29,480 nucleotides of DNA from Rotaria socialis (taxonomy: Eukaryota), in the NCBI GenBank assembly GCA_905331485.1, contig CAJNYT010004754.1:77906-107385 (forward strand). Reading direction: 5' to 3'. Position 1 is the stretch's first letter; each line of letters starts with the position of its first letter. Under the pieces are notes generated by a model, which saw only the letters and a program-made list of their open reading frames with translations, made no database searches and had not been told where the DNA came from. Of the stretch, positions 1-9,596 are shown piece after piece. A program made the position numbers and the translations under genes.

Positions 1-1
1 A

Positions 2-385
2 AAAATTATAGCAAGTGCTCATTTACATAGAAGAAATTTAACCAATTATATGTCGGTTGCAGGAAAAGTTAAAAACTTTTTTCATTCAATTGGCATTCAC
101 TCGGTCACCATGCAATATGAACACGATGCTGATGATCCACTAACATCCTTTCCGACTCGAGACGTCGATACTCTATCGAAACTAACTGGCGATTGTTTAC
201 TTCGTTGTGAAAATAATTCATGTGAAACTCAAACATGTTGTACGATGAAATCAGTTCGTTCGAATGCATTATTACAGACTAATCAAATTATGCAAGTATC
301 TACTATTACTCCACCAAAACAACTTGATAATTCTCTACCGCATAATGTCTCAATCGATCTTTCATTCCGAAATGAAACATTCTAA
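2..385 (+). CDS. C-terminal part of a cation-diffusion-facilitator zinc exporter (ZnT1/SLC30A1-like). The 5' part lies outside the window.
   Basis: The frame of ORF 50..385 stays open back to position 2. It reads KIIASAHLHRRNLTNYMSVAGKVKNFFHSIGIHSVTMQYE. As I recall it, the vertebrate ZnT1 C-terminal domain reads RIIATAHIKCEDPTSYMEVAKTIKDVFHNHGIHATTIQPEF, which aligns residue for residue. A Cys-rich tail follows (CLLRCENNSCETQTCC), as in ZnT1. Stop codon at 383-385. Confidence 0.75.
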   Translation, partial: KIIASAHLHRRNLTNYMSVAGKVKNFFHSIGIHSVTMQYEHDADDPLTSFPTRDVDTLSKLTGDCLLRCENNSCETQTCCTMKSVRSNALLQTNQIMQVSTITPPKQLDNSLPHNVSIDLSFRNETF

Positions 386-1133
386 GCTACTTTATTTTTA
401 TTGATTCAAAAAGTGTAAGTTTTGTCTAAATATTTTTTTTCTCCAGTAAGATTCCTTTCGTACAATAGTCACCGATGATTTCTTTCTGATAATGAAAATA
501 TATTGAACTAAAGCTGATACTGATCGTGAATGTGCATTCATGAATTTAGAATGCTCAAAGATAGGTCTAATATTAAAACAAACTGCATGCACCTAGTTGA
601 TTCAAATTTTATTTTTCTACTGAAACATTTGAAGGAACTCGTAAAATAATTAATCGTGCATTTCGTAAGTATTCGATATTCTGCTTTGAAAATACTTTAA
701 CGGCAATGCTTCGAATGGAATACATTGAAAAACAAATAGTACCACCATCAATTGATTTGTTCTTCTTACCTCAATACAATCGTGCTATTGTCTTCTTGAG
801 AACATTCACTTAGGTATCTATAGATAATTGTGAAAAACAATATTTCGAGTTTTATGATGATGAATTATCGTATTGATTTACGTCTTGTGTTTGAATGTAT
901 ACAGAAATGCTTTATCTTCAAGCAATTACGAAGCTCGATGCCTTTCGTTAAATTAGACACAAAGAGCAGTAGGTGATTTATTTTATGATAGTAGTAATTT
1001 TGACAATGAAAAATTCAAATCTTGTACAACTACTCAACAGTTTTTTTAAATATTATTTGATTCCGCTCATGGATATTTATTGTAGAATATATTAAAGTAC
1101 CATAGTAGGCATCTCTCGGTATTAAATATTGAA

Positions 1134-3122
1134 TTATTTCAATTTTGAAGATACACGTTGCATATCATTTTTGATTTTAGCGAAATTTTGATATTTCAAT
1201 GATGACTGACGATAGATGTCATATGCCTCTCGATATTCTTCTAATGCTTTGCTTCATTTAGTCATGTCCTCAAATAGCTGGCCAATGGCTCTATGACGCG
1301 AAGCGATGTCTTGATGTTGCGGAGGAAGTGACTTCTTCCGAATTTCGAATGCTTTTACATAACATTCCATGGCACGTTGATACTGACCATCACCACGATA
1401 AACATCACCTAGCCCACTATGATTTAAAGCCATATCTGAATGATTAGCAGGTAAATATCTCCCTTGAATAGTCATGGATCGTTGAAAATTCCTGAAAGCA
1501 TCTGCGCACTGCTTTTGAGCACAATAAATATGAACGACGCCATGGTACAACGAAGCCATGTTTAGATGATCTGTAATATTTCCGAGTTTGTAGCATTTCA
1601 TTGCTTCTTTATAGTCCTTCTTTTCAAAAGAAATATTTCCAAACGAACAATGCAAGCCAGTGGTCATAACGTTTTCTATCTTTATACACCATGCCAAGTG
1701 AAAAACACAAGTTTGAAAACGCAGCATCATCGGAAGAATAACATTCTCGTAGATCCGAATATATTTTCTCTGCTTCATCATTTTCCCCCCATAAATTGTA
1801 GTACATCACCAAGTGATCGACGACCAACTTCTTTCTCACCACCGCCATAATCTTTCTTCAGACGATTGAACAGACTTTCCGAATCATTGTCATCATCACC
1901 TGCTAATTCCATTTTAATGTTCCAGATTTTGTCAGTATCATTTTTCATGCATGCTAACCAAACGAAAATATAGATCCAATCATAAATAATACTTCCAATT
2001 CATTACTAAAATAGCTGAGCGAGTGGATATCAGCGAATGGTTTTGATTTCACAGCCCTAGGATCTGCTTTAATGAGAAATAATATTCCATGTAAATCCCT
2101 GACAGCGGTCGAGTTGAGAAAAAAGAATTCATTGCTACTTCACGATTAGACGCAGTAGAAAAGAATGAATTAATCGAGATGTATTGACCGATCGATTTTT
2201 CAAGATTAACCAATTCTTGAGTTGATATTGTTTGATATCGATACACTTTAATAGGTTCTTGACATTGATTTTTTTCTAGTAGCTGACGTATGTCACGAAT
2301 TACGAAACGAAATAATGATAGGAGTTCAGTATTTTGTATTCGCAATGCTTTATTTAACATCTTGTATACAAATGTGTTACGCGTATACCACCATAGAGCT
2401 TTTCTAGATTGATAACTACGTTCAAAACCACGAATAATTTCTAGTTGAGGTTCGTTATCAGCATATTCATCTTTACAAAATTCAACGAGCTTCTGTTGGT
2501 CTGTTTTATTGGATGGTAATCTGATGAGAACGTCGATCAATAATAGAGAATGAATAAAATTACCATTAAGTTCTGTTGTTGATTTATCCGCATTGCTGCC
2601 AGCATTATAAATATTTATCGACATTGGTTCTTTCACTTTTCCTCGATCTTTTTGGTCTGCTTTAATTTGCAGAATGAGACTATCGAGTTGATTGTGAACG
2701 CGTTTTATCTTCGAAGAAGTGAATAAAGAAAATTAAATAATTTCTCAAAAAAAAGCAAAAGAGAAGAATATTTCATACTTTAGAATACTCTTTAGCCCAG
2801 CGTTTGCATGCCTTTGTATCCCAGCAATAGATACAAACAGAGGAGAGTTGTCGAAGATCATGAATCCTAGGAACTAATTTTTTGCTTAATCGACCACTGA
2901 TCATAAGAACAATTCGATCTTGTTCAGAACAAGACTTGATATATATTTTCTACAATCGTCGGGACCATGATATGTTTCAAGATGATTGATGATTGTACGC
3001 AGTTGTTTTTGGGCACTTTTGTTCTCGTCTGTTGTATTGCCTTGAGTATCAAGCCAAAGAAGAGAAAAAGTTTTCAAATTTTTCTTGCGTTTTCCGGTGG
3101 CTTTTGCCTTGGCAGCAGTCAT
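1134..3122 (-). pseudogene. Decayed paralogue of the ART-TPR gene at 14248..16310 (N-terminal alpha/beta module, ADP-ribosyltransferase domain and TPR array, with multiple frameshifts and deletions).
   Basis: Minus-strand ORFs 2901..3122, 2049..2636, 1624..1848 and 1254..1781 are collinear with the intact gene, roughly two-thirds identical by eye (MTAAKAKATGKRKKNLKTFSLLWLD..., ...IKVYRYQ...SINSFFSTASN..., ...MELAGDDDND..., TPRs, ...MQRVSSKLK*). Homology can only be followed by switching frame at about 2937-2947 (TA run), 2096-2106, 1962-1972, 1938-1946 (A run), 1785-1790 (C/G run), 1650-1680 (about 24 codons of TPR lost, plus a frameshift) and 1254-1262. There is also an in-frame deletion near 1590. 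The conserved intron position is retained (about 2707..2776). The homologous stop is TAA at 1134-1136. Confidence 0.8.
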
Positions 3123-4513
3123 ATTTTGATCAATAGCACTATTGAAATCAAATATTTTGGTAAAAATCTGCTGTCGTTATCGTTGTATTTATTCGACTTC
3201 GTATATTGTATCATCAGCCAACACTAATATTACCTTTTAATGAAGCTTCTTCTATCGTTTTTATCGTATAGGTGATCGCTGTTCTGTCTTGGCGGCAGAT
3301 GATAGACAGTTGAAATGTACAGATAAACAGATAGTACATTTGTTTACAATGAGTCATAGTAATAATTATTTGTGATTCATCTAGACGTGTTAACGATGCG
3401 ACTCGCTGAATCAAAAACAAAAATGCGATTGACGATCATTATGAAAAACGTCTCTTTTTTTCCGACTCGTAATGGTTACTTCTGTCATGTGATATAATGT
3501 AAATGAATGTGTTATTCTTTCAAATCGGTCTTATGAATGCGTTTGTTTATTTTTCTAGTAGTCACCTGCTTTAAAACATGAAAAAAAAAGACTAAAAGCT
3601 GGTCAACGTGTTACATAAACAAGAATTAAAAAATCTACAAGAAAGAATAGAATTCATTTAAACCGAGACTTGGATATAAGGTGTATTTCGACGATCTATT
3701 TTCTCACGATGAGCGTGTTTACTTGTATTCTAAGGACTGAATCGAAGATGAAATCTGTACCGGTCTATCTTGTTTCCGTTTTTCTTCTTCGTAATGGTGT
3801 AAAATGATATATACGTAGATGAGTATTAGAAAATTATTGAGCGACCAACCAGAACAGCTCTAGTGCTCTGGCCTGATGACGGTATGCGGTTGAAGCCAGT
3901 CCATAATATTTCACCTCTCATAGAATTTTTTTGAGCTACGACAATGACTTCTTAAATTGTTTTATTCAAATACAGGATACTCAGAGAAACTTTACAAAGT
4001 ATTTGATGGCCATGTAAAGTATTGACCTGTCTAGATGTTTGATTCGTTACATATGAGATTTCTTACATTCTGCACTGAATATCACATTGACTTAGATGAA
4101 GGTTGAATATGAAACTAAATTTATGCAAACTGAAAATGATGGAAATCTTTTTAATGATATGCTGAAAGTTAATGTTGACTTATTACGATGAAAATTTTAT
4201 TCAAAACATGTTGAAAAACTTCTATCTGCTATAGTAAAATAGCTAAAAAAGTGCACCTTCGAATTTCGATAAAGACATTTCGCATGCAGCCAGCTATTAA
4301 GACAAAAGTTTATTGAGGTTTCTTTTAAACTAAAGTAAAAAAAATGAATAAACCGAGCAAACTGATTAAATCTCTGAAGCCGAAATATTTATAAGAATCA
4401 GAGGCGTCGCATTGCTATTTTTTGTGTTTGAAGAAATGATTTTCTTATTATTCAATAAAAATCTCATAAAAAGAAATATAATTCTTTTTAAAGTCAATCA
4501 TATGGAAACGGTT

Positions 4514-6073
4514 TTAGGCAAAATCAGGTTTGTCAGCTGCTGCTATACGTTTAATAGTAACGTGGTTAAATCTTTTTGTCTTCTTCCCACGAGCAGCATG
4601 ATTATCAGCGTGTGTAGGTAGTTCAGAAAATTCAGCATCTTGTTTTACTCCCCATCCTTTTGATTTTTCCATAGTGTTTTCGTCAGGTTCATGGCGTATT
4701 TTTGGTTCAGTAAAACTGTTTGGATATTGCTCTTTATTGTGTCGACCATGATGCTGATCATCATAATGTTTTGATGGTCCAATGTTGTTTCTTGGCGCAA
4801 TATTAATTGAATTATGATTTCGTAGTGAAAATAATTGATCCATTTTATCGAGCGCTGTTTGTACAAATTGATCCGTCATTCTTCGTCTCTTCAATGGACG
4901 ATTAGATACCCCTCCGTATGCATTCTGTGCTGGCCACACACCACATTGAATATCTCTGATGCGTAGCGGAGACATGGTTGTTTCAGTATTCGTTTGTTTA
5001 TCTGTAACGTGAATAACATCACTGTTTGCTGACAGTGATGAACTATTGTGTATCGTTTCATATGGTACTGGTGACATGTAATTCGATCTAACATAATTAT
5101 TGATTTTTCCGAATTCATGATCTTGAATATATTCCGGCATGAATGAATTATTTTTATCCCCATTAGCGCCAACACGACCTTCCTTATAGCAATAAATGAA
5201 TAAGCAGAGTGTTGCAATTACCGTTACTAACATTACAACACTAACAGTTATGCCTAATACTTTCCATTGTGGGTTTGTAGTCGGATCTAAATTTAGTTTA
5301 ATTAATTAAAAAAAAATAAAATATGAAGAAAATATATGATTGGACTTACCCGTGATATACAAAATGAGGGAAGCTAGAAACCCAATAATGGCTGCAGAGC
5401 CAAGCACTATCATCGTTCCAAATAGAATTCCGCCTGTTAAACGTGTTAAGCCGTAACATAAGGGTTTCGACCAACATGAATCCTAAAACGAAACTAATTA
5501 TTAAGATTTAATCAGAAGAAAAAAAATCTAGCTCAACCTGTTTATCATTTTGCTGAAAGTCATCGTCCGTGTGCGCATCTTTAGAGAAAAAGAAATTCGT
5601 TTTAATATTTTTCACGAAGAAAAAGCAATGAATTTTACTGGTATGAAGATTTTGTGGCGCATATGATTGGTTTGGATGATAGCGATAGTTTGTATCCAGG
5701 CGTGAATGATTCATGTCCATTTGTGATGATGGAGCAACTGTTCGTGTTGATTGCATCTCTGATACAGTTCGAAAAGCTTATTTTTAGAGAAAAAAATTGA
5801 ATTCAATTAAAGAAAATCTAACTTCGATCACATACAATTATTTCGTGGAGCATGCGAATTCGAATTTGATGGCTGAGGCGCAATACGATTGTTTTTAAGT
5901 GAATTACTGTGAAATACGGCGTGATCATGATATTGTGAAGGCACGCTCATTGCTTGATTCGATTGTCCATGACTAAACACCGTTTGCTTCTGTTCGGGAT
6001 GTTGAAAACTTGTTCCTGACATTATTCTTGAAGGATTTGGATAATTAAATGACATTGGTTGTTGGCCATGCAT
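4514..6073 (-). CDS. Hypothetical two-pass transmembrane protein with a low-complexity Q/N/S/H/P-rich N-terminus. No family recognised.
   Basis: Phase-consistent model: complement(join(4514..5286,5350..5481,5639..5776,5836..6073)), 1281 nt, 426 aa. GT-AG introns of 63, 157 and 59 nt. Two hydrophobic helices: GGILFGTMIVLGSAAIIGFLASLILYI and WKVLGITVSVVMLVTVIATLCLFIYCY. The start ATG at 6073 is the first ATG in the open frame. The 157-nt intron is uncertain. Confidence 0.55.
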
Positions 6074-7419
6074 TTCTGAAATGAGACTAATGAAATATAA
6101 TTTCGGAATTTTTCTCACAAGAAGTTTATGATAACCGTAATGAATCTACATTTGAAACGTCTAGCATCAATTCATACCTTTTTAATGTGAAATATCATCG
6201 ACTGTTTTTTTTTTGGTCAATTCAATCAAAAAAGAAAACTAAAAAGTGATTGCTTTTTCTTTTTTCTTCATCTCAATCTAGATGAGGAAAAACAATGTGT
6301 GCTCCGATCCTTGTTTTTAAATTGATTATTTCTCCACACTCGCTTTAAAACAAATATACTAATTTGAATTTATTTCTGTGGAAAATGAATATTAATTTTA
6401 TGCATCCTGCATCTTGTAGGATCAATTGCATTCAACATTAATCCTCGACAAATCAATTTATAGATTTTGAAATATAGATATTATGCAAGACTGATGCTTT
6501 TAATTATGATATTGTAAGTATTCGTACGAATAATATAAAACAAAACAAGAAACAATCAGCTTTTGTACATCGAAAGAAATATTAAAGGCGACGACATGAC
6601 CTAAGCCAGTTCTTTGTCTTGTTGTCTATGCTGTAATAACGAAGTTATTAATAGAATGAATAGGACATTTCTGAACGTTACGATCGTTTTATATTTTTTA
6701 TCAAAAATAATAGCAGTACTAGAAAATAAATCTTTCAACTAAGTTTCTTTTATTTTCATTGTGCCACAGTTTTGGCATCTGTAGATGAATCGCTACAAGT
6801 AATCATATCGAAATTGAAAAATAAATTTGACGCGCATTTAAAAATCTGAAAGAACACATGTTTAATCATAGTGAATAGATTTTTTGAATATATACAATAA
6901 GGAAAAACTACTAATCATAGATACCGCAAGAATTTCGAACGAAAATACAGAAGAAGAAAAAAAGCTGATATTATTATGTATTGTCAACTTTGAAAAGGTT
7001 GTCTTGGTAGATGACTGGAGAAGAAATGAAAAATCGTAAATAAAAATTTTTATCAGACTTCATCTCTTGAGAAAGAAAAAGTTTTAAAATATTGCCACAA
7101 CTGAACGTCTATCATAATCAAAAACATGAGGTCTCGCTGCATTTATTTGAGGATGTAGATGAGATTTTAGGTATGAGAAAATAGAAACCGATACCATCAT
7201 TCTAATATCAAAGCGTATTTCAAGGCGCCGATGATTGTCACAAATCTTCCAAGTTAATGCAGAAGGGCTTTATGTTATGCGAGTAAAGAAAAATCTTTCC
7301 TCCACACCAAATCCCACTTAACCTATGATTCTCTAAATTAAGCCAGCGTCTAATACCTTCAATGAAGATCGCCATAATAATCAAACATTTAATCCCTGTG
7401 AATGAATATGCCTAAGAGT

Positions 7420-8414
7420 CATAGGCGGTGGAACCACTAGGCTAGGGGAGGCTCAGTTATTTGAAAAAAATCCTGATGTCATCGTAATTCTATATTTGAT
7501 AAGTGAAAGCGGTTAGAAAATCGATGCTATTTTTTCTCCGAAGTAATGTTCAGTTCAGTCCGAGGATATATATGTTGCATGTTTTTGAAATATTTTCATT
7601 TATTAATGCTAGCGCCTCCTCTATGAAGATGAAGGGGAATAGTGAACGGCGTTATCTAAGATCAACAATGACCAGGGTTGTCGATTGTTTTTGACAAGTA
7701 GTGTGGGCTAAAAATTTCGCAGAAAATCTGAAAATTTTGACAGAAAATCTCGTCTCGCTTTTAGACAGTAACTGAGGAAATAATGGTGAATTTTTCGACT
7801 TTCTGCGATATTTTGTTGAAAAAAAGTGGTTTTATTTCTTTTTTTTTCAGAAAAATGGGGGAAAATGCTTAAAGGTCGGGTTTTCGCGAGAATTTCTTAC
7901 GAAATTTTTAAAATTTGGCAGAAAGAATTCAAAATTTTCGCAATAAATTTTCGCATATTTTTCAATTTTTGGGGGACTAGCCCCGTGCTCGGCAAACCTG
8001 GCAATGATACAACAGCGCTTTAATCATGTGCTTATCCCTCATGTTCATAAAGAAAAATTAGATCAGTTAGACTCGAACAGTAATCATTCTGATTTTATTG
8101 CAAAAAATCAGAGTAGAAAAGTCTTTTTTGAACGTGAATAATAGTTTTTGTACTTATGAATTTTTTATTTGCTTTAGTCAAGGTTTAAGATTTTTGATGC
8201 TTATGTTGATAATGAAATAAAAATTTTGATAGTGTAGTAGAATTCTCGATTGCTGTGAAGGTGTGCAAATGAGTCAGTGAAGAAAATGTTTTGAATGAAG
8301 GTTATAACCAAGAAATTTAAAATTCTGTTTTCTCCCTCTAATGTCGACTTTCTGTCGTTGTTTTTCAAAAACATTTTGAGCCTCCCCTAAATTAGAAACG
8401 TTCCGCTGCCTATG
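7420..8414. mobile_element. Non-autonomous DNA transposon (995 bp), hAT-like by TSD length, with 'CATAGGCGG' TIRs.
   Basis: The left end is CATAGGCGGTGGAAC...TAGGGGAGGCTCA. The reverse complement of the right end is CATAGGCAGCGGAAC...TAGGGGAGGCTCA. Flanking 8-mers are CTAAGAGT (7412-7419) and CTAAGAGC (8415-8422), a 7/8 match. The interior is AT-rich. Its ORFs (7503..7694, 7826..8023) begin with non-ATG codons and look like noise, so there is no transposase. Confidence 0.7.
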
Positions 8415-8531
8415 CTAAGAGCAATAGTAGCGAAGTAACTACTATCTTTTTCCTGAAGAGAGAAATTATTCAAAATAAACATGATTTCATCTATTCATCG
8501 TTTGATATGGTAGCTCGTAGTGCTTCTAGCA

Positions 8532-8738
8532 ATGATCGGTGTGACTGTTGGTGCTGCGGCAAAAGCGCAATGTCAAAAAACCTGTACTGGAAGGGCCGAT
8601 CTTCGTGCAGGTTTTTGTGCATCAATACCCGAAATGCATAGATTAGTACCAGCTATGACAACCAGAAAACAAGTACAAGCGATTTGTTATTCACAGCTTC
8701 ATATAAAAGGGATCGCGTGCCAAAACCGGTGTAATTGA
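8532..8738 (+). CDS. Candidate small cysteine-rich protein (68 aa from the first ATG). May be disrupted or incompletely modelled at the 5' end.
   Basis: The ORF is locally GC-richer than its flanks. Translation: MIGVTVGAAAKAQCQKTCTGRADLRAGFCASIPEMHRLVPAMTTRKQVQAICYSQLHIKGIACQNRCN*. It has six Cys residues in mirror-symmetric spacing (C-x3-C-x10-C ... C-x10-C-x3-C). An in-frame upstream ATG at 8481 would add a signal-peptide-like leader, but a TAG at 8511-8513 interrupts it. Confidence 0.3.
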   Translation: MIGVTVGAAAKAQCQKTCTGRADLRAGFCASIPEMHRLVPAMTTRKQVQAICYSQLHIKGIACQNRCN

Positions 8739-9238
8739 TGGTTCTAATCTTCCTGAATATCATTTTAATATTTCACTGTTGTCTTGATATTCATTTTTGT
8801 TTTTGTGAGTGATAAAAAGGATACTTCAAACATAATAAATCAAGACTGAAGTGCCTTCATCTTCTGCAATTGATTCTTAGATACGATCGCAGATCCTAGT
8901 TTCACTATTTCCACTCATTCGGCACACTACTATCACACAACAGAATGCTGGATGGCCATTACGTGAATCGCTTGTTTTTTCTATATCTTTGCAGCCAACG
9001 AAATTATCTATAGATTTCAATAGAGTAAAGCAAAATCAACAGAAGAGTTTCTGCATTAATCACTTTTTCGGCATCAAGGCTCTCAAGTAATTATCATTAT
9101 TCAATGGAATTAATCTTTGTCAACTTCATCAAGTCTCAGTTGTTTTTCTCTACTCAACGTAAAATAGATGCAAGCAAAAATATATCAACGATTCATCCTT
9201 ATGCACTCACACCGCTATACGATTTTCTGTATCATATA

Positions 9239-9458
9239 CCCAGGTCACTCAACTTGTGTCGTGCACGGCCGTTTGGTATGCACCGTATTACGGTCGTTAG
9301 TAACCGTTTACGACACGGCGAAATACGGCCGTCATACGGTGCATGCCAAAACGTCAAATTACGGCGATTTACGGTCCGAAACGTTATAAAACGGCAGTAT
9401 ACGTTGCCGTATGTGGCCCTTTACAATCGTATCAGGTCATCGTAATGTTCGACCTGGG
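9239..9458. mobile_element. MITE-like element (220 bp) with a candidate TA target-site duplication and a GC-rich, hairpin-forming interior.
   Basis: 8-bp TIRs: CCCAGGTC (9239-9246) and GACCTGGG (9451-9458). Each is flanked by TA (9237-9238 and 9459-9460). The interior is much GC-richer than its surroundings and full of (T/A)ACGG(C/T) motifs. It contains long internal inverted repeats, e.g. CACGGCCGTTTGGTATGCACCGTA pairing with TACGGTGCATGCCAAAACG. The overlapping ORFs 9104..9445 and 9168..9389 are probably spurious. Confidence 0.5.
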
Positions 9459-9596
9459 TAAATATTGTCGCTTGCATTTGTATTTATTGAATAGTTAGTA
9501 ATTAAAATGTCAGAAAACTCATTGATTTTTTCAAATATTATAGCAATAAAAAATAGATAATAATTAAAACTAGTATGTTTTCTTCGTTGTCTGAAT

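Noticed and set aside
5538-5578. A 41-nt segment with a good acceptor (TTCTCTAAAG|) and donor (CAG|GTTGAG) that looked like a constitutive exon of the 4514..6073 gene.
   Set aside because: Including it breaks the reading frame between the flanking exons. Exon 5639..5776 ends in phase 1 and exon 5350..5481 needs phase 1, but the segment is 41 nt. Skipping it gives a clean 426-aa ORF. It is kept only as a possible regulatory or poison exon.
7503-8023. ORFs 7503..7694 and 7826..8023 inside the 7420..8414 transposon, considered as a possible transposase.
   Set aside because: Both start at non-ATG codons, are 63-65 aa of low-complexity sequence, and show no DDE or BED-like features. The element is treated as non-autonomous.
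9104-9445. Overlapping ORFs 9104..9445 and 9168..9389 (R/Y/G-rich translations).
   Set aside because: They lie across the GC-rich MITE. Their openness is explained by the ACGG repeat composition. There is no start context, no splice context and no recognisable fold.
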